This document shows positions 54,886 to 63,134 of a DNA stretch of 64,000 nt, piece by piece. The translations under genes were made by a program, and so were the position numbers. The stretch comes from Bacteroidales bacterium (GTDB taxonomy: Bacteria; Bacteroidota; Bacteroidia; Bacteroidales; WCHB1-69). The notes beneath the pieces are model-generated. The model was given only the letters and a program-made list of their open reading frames with translations, was not told the origin of the DNA and did not search any database. Within the stretch, counting starts at the first letter, position 1. Each line of letters begins with the position of its first letter. The stretch lies in contig JAILCI010000012.1 of the NCBI GenBank assembly GCA_024686335.1, positions 71,979-135,978 on the forward strand. The letters are read 5' to 3'.

Positions 54886-56301
54886 CTAGTATCCTAAAAT
54901 TTTCAGCATCGACTTGTAACTCTGCTCTTTAGCAAACAGTTTGGTCGTTACTTCACCCTCTTCATTTACGTCGATGATGATGTGTTTTGGCGCGGGAGTG
55001 AGGCAATGTTGTATTCCACCGTATCCTCCAAGAGCTTCCTGATAGGCACCGGTGTTGAAGAGTCCGATGTATTGTATGTCGTCACTGTCCTCGCCACGAT
55101 AAGAGCATGAGTCAATCTGAGGCAAGAAAACAGCGTTGAGGTTCGCCTCTGAGTTGTAGTAGTCCATGCTGTCACATGTCAAGCCGCCAAGGAATACTCT
55201 CTCGTAAGCTCTATCCCAATGGTTTATGGCCAAGATGATGAACTGCTGGTTGAGAGCCCAAGAGTCAGGTAGGGTGGTCATGAAGGAGCTGTCGATCATA
55301 TTCCACAACTCACGGTCATTCTGACGTTTCTGTTGCAGGATAGAGTAGAGTACAGCGCTGGCCTCTCCAACAGTGTATGAGCCGAATTCTGTAAAGATGT
55401 CTGGTTCCGTAACACCCTCACGCGTGCATATCTGCTTGATCTGCGACACGATTTCTTCCGCCATATATTCATAATCGTAAGAGAAGGAAAGTGAATTTTT
55501 GATGGGGAATCCACCGCCAATGTTCAGAGAATCCAATTCCGGAGCTATTTTCTTGAGGTCGCAATAGAGGTTTACACATTTGGTCAACTCATTCCAATAG
55601 TATGATGTGTCATGAATACCCGTATTGATGAAGAAATGTAACATCTTCAGCTTGAAATTCGGGTTTTTCTTAATCCGCTCAAGGTAAAATGGTATAATAT
55701 CATTGTAACGAATGCCTAATCTTGAGGTGTAGAACTCAAAACGTGGCTCCTCTTCTGAGGCGATTCTGATACCAACGTGGCATGGTTTGGTCACACATTT
55801 TTCAATCAAGTCAAATTCGCGCTTACTATCCAAAACAGGTATTGTATTAACAAAACCTTTGTCCAACATCATCGCAATGTTGTCAATATATGCTTGTTTT
55901 TTACATCCATTACAAATTATAAAGTTTTCCTTATCAAATTGACCTAACTCATTTAAAGTCTCAATCAAATTCAAATCGAAAGCAGATGAAGTCTCCAAGT
56001 GGACATCATTTTTTAATACTTCGGATAAGACGAACTCGAAGTGAGAACTTTTGGTACAATAACAGTAGTGATAGGAACTCTGATAATCTGCTTTTGCGAT
56101 AGCAACATTGAAAAATCGCTTCGCTTTGTGGATGTTTTCCGATATCTTAGGCAGATAGGTGATACGCAGGGGCGTACCATACTGCTTTATAATATCCATA
56201 AGGTGTACATTGTTGAATAACAGTTCGTTATCCTCTACGTTAAACTCCTCTTGCGGGAACTCGTAGGTCTGCTGGATGAGGTCGATGTACTTGGTTTTCA
56301 T
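54886..56301 (-). CDS. Fold-type III PLP-dependent decarboxylase, short arginine-decarboxylase (SpeA-like) type
   Basis: 471 aa with 'YGTPLRITYLPKISENI', 'YCYCTKSSHF', 'LNIGGGFPI', and 'GGLTCDSMDYY..GAYQEALGGYGG', as in the ~465-aa Bacteroidetes arginine decarboxylases. Confidence 0.65.
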   Translation of the reverse strand: MKTKYIDLIQQTYEFPQEEFNVEDNELLFNNVHLMDIIKQYGTPLRITYLPKISENIHKAKRFFNVAIAKADYQSSYHYCYCTKSSHFEFVLSEVLKNDVHLETSSAFDLNLIETLNELGQFDKENFIICNGCKKQAYIDNIAMMLDKGFVNTIPVLDSKREFDLIEKCVTKPCHVGIRIASEEEPRFEFYTSRLGIRYNDIIPFYLERIKKNPNFKLKMLHFFINTGIHDTSYYWNELTKCVNLYCDLKKIAPELDSLNIGGGFPIKNSLSFSYDYEYMAEEIVSQIKQICTREGVTEPDIFTEFGSYTVGEASAVLYSILQQKRQNDRELWNMIDSSFMTTLPDSWALNQQFIILAINHWDRAYERVFLGGLTCDSMDYYNSEANLNAVFLPQIDSCSYRGEDSDDIQYIGLFNTGAYQEALGGYGGIQHCLTPAPKHIIIDVNEEGEVTTKLFAKEQSYKSMLKILGY

Positions 56302-56330
56302 CTCTTTGTGTGATTAATTTAGTGAGGCCG

Positions 56331-56338
56331 CAAATATA
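56331..56338 (-). promoter_or_regulatory. Candidate -7 box (TAnnTTTG) for the decarboxylase gene
   Basis: The plus strand reads caaatata, which is tatatttg on minus, 30-37 nt upstream of the ATG at 56301. Confidence 0.5.
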
Positions 56339-56413
56339 TACAATTATTTATTCGGATAAATAAAAAATTACCTATCCGATTAAGTTGAATTGATTTTTTT
56401 TGAGCAAAGTAAG

Positions 56414-57037
56414 TTAGTTATGATCTCTTCGATTTTCGCATTCGCAGATGTCGGTGAAGAGAATTTCGGTGTCTGGTAGGAGATTTTCCATGGCTTCATA
56501 TTCCCATTTTGTGAGGGGAATCTGTCGTAAGTCTATGGTCTTCAATGTGTTTCTTAATGCTATGATGCTTTCCGGAAGAATATACATGGGATTATCCCAT
56601 GCGTCAATGGTGTGTAAATTCTTCAGTTCGGAGATGGAGTCTGGAAGGATCTCAATCATATTTCTACTTATAATCAACATCTCTAATTCGCTAAGCTGCC
56701 CGATCGCATTGGGCAACCGGACTAATTTATTCCGATCCAGATTCAGAAAACGTAAGTGGGTTAGTTTAGCAATATCCTGGTTGACGATGTTAAGTCTGCA
56801 TCCTTTGACGGTAAGTTCACGCAATTCTGTCAATTTAAATAAATCCGCTGGTAGTGAATCACGTTCAGCTAATTTAGTTAGTTTTAGTCGATAAACCGGT
56901 TCTTTTGATTGTAATGCCTCATCCAGGTTTGTGAATGTCACACCATTGTCGTCAGGTCCATATAATAATTGACCTTTTTGTCCATAAATAATGCAACTTA
57001 TTAATAGTATATATGCCAGTAGGATGAATTTTTTCAT
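56414..57037 (-). CDS. Secreted leucine-rich repeat (LRR) protein
   Basis: Six or seven ~23-aa LRRs ('LTHLRFLNLDRNKLVRLPNAIGQLSELEMLIISRNMIEILPDSISELKNLHTIDAWDN'). The start at 37 (57037, MKKFILLAYILLISC..) is preferred because the -7 box overlaps the ORF-track start at 57058. Confidence 0.8.
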   Translation of the reverse strand: MKKFILLAYILLISCIIYGQKGQLLYGPDDNGVTFTNLDEALQSKEPVYRLKLTKLAERDSLPADLFKLTELRELTVKGCRLNIVNQDIAKLTHLRFLNLDRNKLVRLPNAIGQLSELEMLIISRNMIEILPDSISELKNLHTIDAWDNPMYILPESIIALRNTLKTIDLRQIPLTKWEYEAMENLLPDTEILFTDICECENRRDHN

Positions 57038-57055
57038 TGTGTTTTCTTCAACGCG

Positions 57056-57063
57056 CAAAGATA
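57056..57063 (-). promoter_or_regulatory. Candidate -7 box (TAnnTTTG) for the LRR gene
   Basis: The plus strand reads caaagata, which is tatctttg on minus, 19-26 nt upstream of the ATG at 57037. Confidence 0.5.
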
Positions 57064-57205
57064 CATTTTCTTTCTCATCCCAATGAGCCTATTTTACATC
57101 TCTCTTTTTTCGTTTTTTTCTCTTTTTTGTTGTACATTTTTTCTTATTTGGTCCATTTGACCATTGTTTTTTGTCCCTTCGTATTTTTAGGATACAATTT
57201 AATTC

Positions 57206-57213
57206 TATTTTTG
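57206..57213 (+). promoter_or_regulatory. Candidate -7 box (TAnnTTTG) for the beta-helix lipoprotein gene
   Basis: tatttttg lies 47 nt upstream of the ATG at 57260, in a T-rich 220-nt spacer. Confidence 0.45.
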
Positions 57214-57259
57214 CGTTTTCTTTGTATTATTCTAATATTCACTTTTAATACTAATTATT

Positions 57260-58954
57260 ATGACAACCAGACGTCCCTTTTTCTGGATTCTCGCCATGCT
57301 GATGGGTGTTATCATCTTTGTCAGTTGTGGTCGAGACAATGTGTCTCCTACGGATGGTACATCTGATGTTTCTGATGAGAGCATTGATGATATCACTTTT
57401 ACGACGACAGTGCAAGTTGTTTTTTCCACTTCAGGCGATGCTACGGTGACTGGTGCCGATGACAGCAATTTTGATGTAACTGTCAGTGGCAATGATGTGA
57501 CTATCGCTTATAGCGGTAGCGAATACGTTATGTATCAGTTGTCAGGCAGTACCTCAAACGGTTTCTTCAAAGTCTATAGTAGTGTCCTGAAAGCTGTGCA
57601 GTTGGATGGCGTTAGCATTACAAATCCTAACGGTGCCGCCATCAATATGCAGGGCCCAACATCTTCTCCCAACTCAGGTAGTGCTACTTACATCCAGCTC
57701 AACGGTACCAATACTCTTGCTGATGGATCCTCTTACACGGATACTCCTTCCGATGAAGATGAAAAGGCAGCTATCTTTGGTGAAGGCAAGTTAATCTTCT
57801 GTGGTAGCGGTTCTTTGACAGTCAATGCTACGGGTAAGGCAGGTATCACTTCCGACAACTATGTGCACTTCACGAGTGGTTCTACCATCAATGTCACCTC
57901 GACCGCTGGTCATGGCGTTCGTGGTAAGAACTGTATCGTTGTTGACGGAGGCACTATCAATGTGAACACTTCCGCAAACATGAAGAAAGGCTTCAGCTCC
58001 GATGAATATGTATATATGAATGGCGGCGATGTGACTATTAAGGTTACGGGCAGTGCCGCTTACGATAGTGAAGATGGAGAATATACTGGTACTGCCGGCG
58101 TCAAGTCCGACGGATATTTCACTATAGTTGACGGCAATCTGACCATTACCAACTCTGGCAAAGGTGGTAAGGGTATCAATTGCGACGGTGCAGGTTATTT
58201 CAAAGGTGGTACATTGACGATTAATGTAACGGGCAGCAACTATACATCAGGAGATGACATAGCTTCCAAGGGCATCAAGTGTGACGGTAATATCTCCATT
58301 TCGGGTGGCGATATTTATGTCAGTGCCAGTGCCCATGAAGGTATTGAGTCTAAAGGCACGATCGACATCACTGGCGGCACGGTCTATAGCTACTCTGCAA
58401 GTGATGATGCTATCAATGCTGCCGGAGATTTCACCATTTCTGGTGGTCATGTGTGTGCATACTCTGCCGGTAACGACGGTATGGATGCCAACGGCAACTT
58501 CTATCTTAAGGGCGGTATTGTTTATGCTATAGGCGCAAGTTCTCCCGAGGTGGCTATCGATGCTAACTCAGAAGGCAATTACCAACTCTATGTCCAGGGT
58601 GGTACGCTTGTGGCAATTGGTGGTCTTGAGAATGGTGCATCACTGTCACAAAGCTGTTACTCTGCTTCTTCTTATTCTAGCAACACATGGTATGCCTTAA
58701 CAGTTGGTTCTAACACCTATAGTTTCAAGACTCCTTCTGGAGCAGGTACTCCGCTAGTTGTGTCAGGTTCCTCAACACCTACACTGTTATCTGGCGTGTC
58801 TGTTTCTGGCGGTACCCAATACTTTAACGGTATGTGGAGCGAAGGCGGTTCTGTCAGTGGAGGCTCTTCCGTATCTCTTTCCTCCTATTCAGGCGGCAAT
58901 GGCGGTGGTGGTGGACCCGGTGGCGGTGGTGGACCCGGCGGTGGAGGCTGGTAA
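57260..58954 (+). CDS. Cthe_2159-like carbohydrate-binding beta-helix lipoprotein with Gly/Pro-rich C-terminal tail
   Basis: 564 aa with lipobox 'IIFVSCG'. It has 'VQLDGVSITNPNGAAINMQG', 'DEDEKAAIFGEGKLIFCGSGSLTVNATGKAGITSD', and then many G-x-I/V beta-helix rungs. It ends 'GGNGGGGGPGGGGGPGGGGW'. Confidence 0.65.
   Translation: MTTRRPFFWILAMLMGVIIFVSCGRDNVSPTDGTSDVSDESIDDITFTTTVQVVFSTSGDATVTGADDSNFDVTVSGNDVTIAYSGSEYVMYQLSGSTSNGFFKVYSSVLKAVQLDGVSITNPNGAAINMQGPTSSPNSGSATYIQLNGTNTLADGSSYTDTPSDEDEKAAIFGEGKLIFCGSGSLTVNATGKAGITSDNYVHFTSGSTINVTSTAGHGVRGKNCIVVDGGTINVNTSANMKKGFSSDEYVYMNGGDVTIKVTGSAAYDSEDGEYTGTAGVKSDGYFTIVDGNLTITNSGKGGKGINCDGAGYFKGGTLTINVTGSNYTSGDDIASKGIKCDGNISISGGDIYVSASAHEGIESKGTIDITGGTVYSYSASDDAINAAGDFTISGGHVCAYSAGNDGMDANGNFYLKGGIVYAIGASSPEVAIDANSEGNYQLYVQGGTLVAIGGLENGASLSQSCYSASSYSSNTWYALTVGSNTYSFKTPSGAGTPLVVSGSSTPTLLSGVSVSGGTQYFNGMWSEGGSVSGGSSVSLSSYSGGNGGGGGPGGGGGPGGGGW
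58901..58939 (+). repeat. Short imperfect tandem repeat (21 + 18 nt) encoding the GGGGGPG-GGGGPG tail
   Basis: ggcggtggtggtggacccggt is followed by ggcggtggtggacccggc. Confidence 0.8.
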
Positions 58955-59003
58955 TCACATGATTCTATAACCAATTCTAATTTCTAACCTAATTTATCTC
59001 ACA

Positions 59004-59834
59004 ATGAAAAATAATTGGATTATTATATGTCTCATCTCTTTGATTGTTGGTCTGCCTTTCTGCTCATCCGCACAGACAACTACCTCTCTTGATCCTGAAG
59101 TGGGACTTCGTCTTGGCATTGGTATCGACAAGAAATTGGCGAAAGGTCTTCACCTCTCCTTGGAGGAGGAGATGCGTATGGATAATAACTTCACCGATTT
59201 CAACCGTCTTCAGACAACCCTTGGCTTAGACTATAAAGTGCATAAAAACATTAAGTTAGGACTCTCCTATGCGATGATTAACCCGTATAGCTCTTCCGAC
59301 AAGGCCTTCAAATTCCGTCATCGTCTGATGTTCGATATCACTGGAACATTACACCTGGGCAAATGGAATCTCTCGTTGAAGGAACGTTTCCAATGGACAT
59401 ATAGGGCGGGTGACATTAACGTATATCAGAATCCCCGAAACATGTTGGCTTTGAAGAGTCGAATCATGCTCAAATACAAAGGGTCCAAAGTGGTGAATCC
59501 ATACGTTTATGTGGAGATGCGCAATGTGCTGAATGCTCCTGTGGTTAGCGCCTATTACGATGGTTCCAACTACCTTACAGAGGATGGTTCTACCTCTGGA
59601 GATGCCGGCTGGTTCTTGACAGGTTATAACGGTGGATATATTAACCGTGTCCGTGGTTGTTTAGGCGTAGATATTAACATCAAAAAGCACAATGTGTTGA
59701 ATTTCTACTTCCTGGCCGACTATGTGCATGACAAAGTCATCGATGCCAACTCGGAGGGCACCAAGTTAAAGAGCTACACTATTGAGAATGGATTTGTGGG
59801 TTGGTTAGGTGCTAGTTATACCTTTAAGTTTTAA
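59004..59834 (+). CDS. Predicted outer-membrane beta-barrel protein (DUF2490-like)
   Basis: 276 aa with a signal peptide and alternating amphipathic strands ('LRLGIGIDKKL', 'TTLGLDYKV', 'IKLGLSYAMI'). It ends 'GASYTFKF' (aromatic terminal residue). Confidence 0.5.
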   Translation: MKNNWIIICLISLIVGLPFCSSAQTTTSLDPEVGLRLGIGIDKKLAKGLHLSLEEEMRMDNNFTDFNRLQTTLGLDYKVHKNIKLGLSYAMINPYSSSDKAFKFRHRLMFDITGTLHLGKWNLSLKERFQWTYRAGDINVYQNPRNMLALKSRIMLKYKGSKVVNPYVYVEMRNVLNAPVVSAYYDGSNYLTEDGSTSGDAGWFLTGYNGGYINRVRGCLGVDINIKKHNVLNFYFLADYVHDKVIDANSEGTKLKSYTIENGFVGWLGASYTFKF

Positions 59835-59857
59835 TAATTAATTGAAAACTTATTATG

Positions 59858-59888
59858 AGGCAGAATCCAAAGAGGTTCTGCCTTTTTT
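59858..59888 (+). terminator. Rho-independent terminator after the 59004-59834 gene
   Basis: 8-bp stem aggcagaa / ttctgcct with a 10-nt loop, then tttttt. Confidence 0.7.
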
Positions 59889-59894
59889 GTCTAT

Positions 59895-60836
59895 TTAGCG
59901 CGGCACCAGATTGAGAGAATCCAGGTCATGTGCTAGTTTAGCAGTGAACAGGGTTGTACCAGTGCGGTTTAGATGCGAGGCGTTGTAGAAATAGGCTGTG
60001 TCGTAAGAGAGAGTATCGTAAGTGTAGTCAAGGATAGGAACATTATAAGGGTCGGCTATCTCATGGAACAGTTTATACATGCCCGAAATGTTTTCAATTT
60101 TCTGTGTTGCCCCGATATAGTATGGTGCGATGACGAAAACTACCGGAATGCCCTCGTCGTGACATTCGCTTAGAAATTGTTTCATCTCAGCAATGGCTAA
60201 AGGCTGTTGCCCATAGTGGATAGTGTCAATCTTGGCAAAAGCCTTGCCGTCCCATTGTTTGTCGTAGTCAATAAAACCTTTATATACTTTCTGATCTTCT
60301 CGTTGGTAGAAAGATGATCCTTTGAAGACAGCAAAGATGTCGGGTTTGTATTTGCGATAACGCCAACAGGGAATGAAGGCATCCGCCCAGGTGAAATGGT
60401 CCACCGGTTTAATCTCTTTCCAGAGGTAACAATCCTGCAGATAGGGTACAAACTGGATGCGGTCATAACCGTTACTGGTATCTAAGGAGCCTTGGTACAG
60501 TTCGTACAAGATAAGTTTCGGTTTGTTTTTGTTTTCGTGGCGATAGACATGATACTTAACTACCTGAGACTCAACGGCTCGTCCGTTCATTCCGAGATTG
60601 TAGCTGTTTACGTTCAGAATGCTGTCCAGAATGTAAGGGTTGAATTGTACATACGCCCGGGAACTACCCATAATGAGTACATCACTTTGGATATTTCCAC
60701 TGTATATGTCGTTCCAGTTCGCAAATGGCGAGGATTCCAACTTCTTGAACTGTCGGGTGATGATGATATCAGCCCCGAGTGCCAGTACAAAAAGGATGAG
60801 TACAAATATCGATAGTCGGATGAGAAATTTTTTCAT
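59895..60836 (-). CDS. MBOAT-associated membrane-anchored protein (possible SGNH/DltD-like acyltransfer partner)
   Basis: 313 aa with an N-terminal TM and a 'VLIMGSSRAY' block-I-like motif. It starts 2 nt after the MBOAT stop. The family assignment is weak. Confidence 0.4.
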   Translation of the reverse strand: MKKFLIRLSIFVLILFVLALGADIIITRQFKKLESSPFANWNDIYSGNIQSDVLIMGSSRAYVQFNPYILDSILNVNSYNLGMNGRAVESQVVKYHVYRHENKNKPKLILYELYQGSLDTSNGYDRIQFVPYLQDCYLWKEIKPVDHFTWADAFIPCWRYRKYKPDIFAVFKGSSFYQREDQKVYKGFIDYDKQWDGKAFAKIDTIHYGQQPLAIAEMKQFLSECHDEGIPVVFVIAPYYIGATQKIENISGMYKLFHEIADPYNVPILDYTYDTLSYDTAYFYNASHLNRTGTTLFTAKLAHDLDSLNLVPR

Positions 60837-60838
60837 GA

Positions 60839-62260
60839 TCAGAATTGGAAATAGATGAAAGACTCAGTGCCGTTATAGGAGAGAAACAATAGGATGATGA
60901 TGAGATAGTAGAGTGTGAATTTCAGTGGATGGGATTTAATATTGCGAAGGTCGAGACCATGTTCGCGTGTTCGGTTGAACCATTCGGCAATTAGCATGAT
61001 GAAGATGTAGATACAGAGCGGAGCAAGTCCTTGCGTATAGGCTTGTCCACCATGAGGAATAAGCGTAAGATATTGCCATGCTTGCGAGATGCTGTCGGCA
61101 CGGAAGAAGATCCATCCGATGACTGCAAGAGAAAAGGTGAGTATTATTTGTAAGAATTCTTTGAATGATGGTAGTATGCGGTTTTCAGCGATGGTGGTGG
61201 TATATTTCCGATTTTTGCCTAACAGGATGAGAGGTAGGAAGAGCAGGGCGTGGTAGGTTCCCCAGGCGAGAAATGTCCAGTTGGCGCCATGCCAGAATCC
61301 GCTTAGCAGAAAGATTATGAAGGTGTTGCGTACAATCTTCACCTTGGATACACGGCTACCTCCCAGCGGAATGTAGACATAGTCGCGGAACCATGTTGTC
61401 AGGGAGATATGCCAGCGGCGCCAGAACTCAGCGATGTCGCGGCTGAAATAGGGGTTGTTGAAGTTGCGCATGAGACGTATGCCGAAGAGTTTTGCCGTTC
61501 CGATGGCTATATCGGAGTATCCAGAGAAATCACCATATATTTGGAAAGCAAATAATATTGCCGCGATGGCGAGTGTGATGCCGCTCTGTTCTTGGTATGA
61601 CCCGAAGACGTAATCCACGAAGAGCCCACAGCCATCTGCTACTGCTATTTTCTTAAAAAGTCCCCATAGTATCTGACGTAATCCATCTACTGCTGAGTCA
61701 TAGTTGAAGTGACGAGCTTGTCCGAATTGAGGGAGCAGGTTGGTGGCGCGTTCAATAGGGCCTGCTACAAGTTGGGGGAAGAAACTGACGAAGGCAAAAA
61801 ACTGAATGATGTCGGTTACCGGTACCATCTTTTCCCGGTAGACATCGATGCTATAGCTTAGGGCTTGGAAGGTATAGAAGCTGATTCCGACGGGTAGGAT
61901 GAGGTGGAGTAGGAGACCGTCGGTATTTCCATGCAAAAAAGCACGGGCAAAGGATGTGGCGAAGAAATCATAGTATTTGAAGAGGGCGAGGATGCCGAGA
62001 TTCAGAACGATGTTTGATATGTGAATGACCTTGGAAAGTTGGTGGCCTCGGTATTTTTTTATGAGGAGACCGCTGCCCCAGCTGCAGAAAGAGGTGAGTG
62101 CGATGAGCAGCAGAAAGCGCCAGTCCCAGCAGCCATAGAAGAAGTATGATGCAGCCACAATGAAGAGGTTCTGCGCCTTCAGGTTGCGATTGAACACAAA
62201 CCAGTAGAGCAGAAATACGATAGGAAGGAATATTGCGAATTCCAAGGAGTTGAAAAGCAT
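60839..62260 (-). CDS. MBOAT family O-acyltransferase (AlgI/DltB/PatA-like)
   Basis: 473-aa polytopic protein with 'FWRRWHISLTTWFRDYVYIPLGGSR' and 'SGFWHGANW' (catalytic His context). Confidence 0.85.
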   Translation of the reverse strand: MLFNSLEFAIFLPIVFLLYWFVFNRNLKAQNLFIVAASYFFYGCWDWRFLLLIALTSFCSWGSGLLIKKYRGHQLSKVIHISNIVLNLGILALFKYYDFFATSFARAFLHGNTDGLLLHLILPVGISFYTFQALSYSIDVYREKMVPVTDIIQFFAFVSFFPQLVAGPIERATNLLPQFGQARHFNYDSAVDGLRQILWGLFKKIAVADGCGLFVDYVFGSYQEQSGITLAIAAILFAFQIYGDFSGYSDIAIGTAKLFGIRLMRNFNNPYFSRDIAEFWRRWHISLTTWFRDYVYIPLGGSRVSKVKIVRNTFIIFLLSGFWHGANWTFLAWGTYHALLFLPLILLGKNRKYTTTIAENRILPSFKEFLQIILTFSLAVIGWIFFRADSISQAWQYLTLIPHGGQAYTQGLAPLCIYIFIMLIAEWFNRTREHGLDLRNIKSHPLKFTLYYLIIILLFLSYNGTESFIYFQF

Positions 62261-62281
62261 CTACTTCAGTTTTTGAGCTTG

Positions 62282-62289
62282 CAAAAATA
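62282..62289 (-). promoter_or_regulatory. Candidate -7 box (TAnnTTTG) for the MBOAT operon
   Basis: The plus strand reads caaaaata, which is tatttttg on minus, 22-29 nt upstream of the ATG at 62260. Confidence 0.5.
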
Positions 62290-62420
62290 GCAATAATTTG
62301 TCCTGTTTCTGTTAATAAAAAAAGGAGTTATATACAGGATGGCATAACAAAGATGAGTACAAAGTCAAAAAATGCATTTTAACCTCAACATGATTTACCG
62401 AGGCATCTGCCCATAGAGCA

Positions 62421-62613
62421 CGCGGGCGGACGGGCCGACATGCGGTGCGGACGCGGTGTGAATGGCCGGCCTCCAACAGCGGCGTGCAAAGGCGCTTGCG
62501 TTTACAAAAATGCATGCCTTCCCTGTATTTTCCCATTTGCTACATGCTGCATTTTTGTTCCCGTTTGCCGCCGATGTCAGAGGGCGGACAGAGCGGGCGG
62601 GATTCATGTCGGC
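62421..62613. other. GC-rich nested inverted-repeat element of unknown nature (candidate structured ncRNA or MITE-like remnant)
   Basis: The outer 9-nt IR gccgacatg (62434-62442) / catgtcggc (62605-62613) is preceded on each side by the direct repeat gcgggcgg (62422-62429 and 62593-62600). The inner 10-nt IR is caaaaatgca (62505-62514) / tgcatttttg (62548-62557). A hand count gives ~72% G+C over 62401-62460. Confidence 0.4.
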
Positions 62614-62625
62614 TTGATCTTTTGG

Positions 62626-62651
62626 CAACTTTTCTATCAAGAGAAAAGTTG
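62626..62651. other. Perfect 10-bp hairpin (no U-tract)
   Basis: caacttttct-atcaag-agaaaagttg. Confidence 0.6.
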
Positions 62652-62713
62652 AAGAATTATATTTATAGGAGTTGCCTGCCATGAAGTCCTTGCCTCTCAC
62701 CTCTGTCCCGGGG

Positions 62714-62735
62714 CAAACTGCGTCCTCGCAGTTTG
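62714..62735. other. Perfect 9-bp hairpin (no U-tract)
   Basis: caaactgcg-tcct-cgcagtttg, 14 nt from the rpsS terminator. Confidence 0.6.
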
Positions 62736-62748
62736 AAAATATTAACCT

Positions 62749-62778
62749 AAAAAAATCCCCTCCGGATATGGAGAGGAT
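62749..62778 (-). terminator. Rho-independent terminator ~60 nt downstream of rpsS
   Basis: The minus strand reads atcctctcc-atatcc-ggaggggat (9 bp including one G-U), followed by tttttt. Confidence 0.75.
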
Positions 62779-62837
62779 TTTGGTATGTAGTGTAAGTATA
62801 ATCTTGTGGAAGAAAGCAGTATGAAGGTTCGTATTAA

Positions 62838-63116
62838 TTATTTGGAACCTTTGTCTTTTTGTCCTGCGTGTCCTCTGAATATACGGGTAGGAGCGAACTC
62901 GCCAAGTTTGTGGCCGACCATGTTTTCAGTAACATAGACGGGGATGAACTTGTTGCCATTGTGGACAGCGATGGTAAGGCCTACGAAATCCGGGGAGATC
63001 ATAGAAGAGCGGGACCAAGTCTTGATGGTACCTTTCTTACCAGATGCTTGAGCATCGAGTACGCGTTGTTCCAGTTTATAGTGTATATAGGGACCTTTCT
63101 TTAATGAACGACTCAT
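62838..63116 (-). CDS. rpsS: 30S ribosomal protein S19
   Basis: '[10 protein letters not shown]...[51 protein letters not shown]' is canonical S19. Confidence 0.95.
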   Translation of the reverse strand: MSRSLKKGPYIHYKLEQRVLDAQASGKKGTIKTWSRSSMISPDFVGLTIAVHNGNKFIPVYVTENMVGHKLGEFAPTRIFRGHAGQKDKGSK

Positions 63117-63134
63117 AGTATTAGGATTTTAAGA

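Noticed and set aside
56340-56413. A possible terminator or sRNA downstream of the LRR gene (tcggata...tatccga stem, A9/T9 run at 56393-56401).
   Set aside because: The stem is only 7 bp with a 15-nt loop. The homopolymer run does not directly follow it on the transcribed strand, so it is not convincing as an intrinsic terminator.
62395-62700. ORFs in the GC-rich island: 101 aa (-), 74 aa (-), 70 aa (+, ten Cys: MRCGRGVNGRPPTAACKGACVYKNACLPC..) and 79 aa (+).
   Set aside because: They mutually overlap in different frames and strands. Their Cys/Arg/Gly/Ala bias is what GC-rich non-coding DNA yields. No TAnnTTTG box or plausible start context precedes them, and none resembles a family I know. 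The Cys-rich 70-mer is the only one worth a quick HMM/RiPP check.
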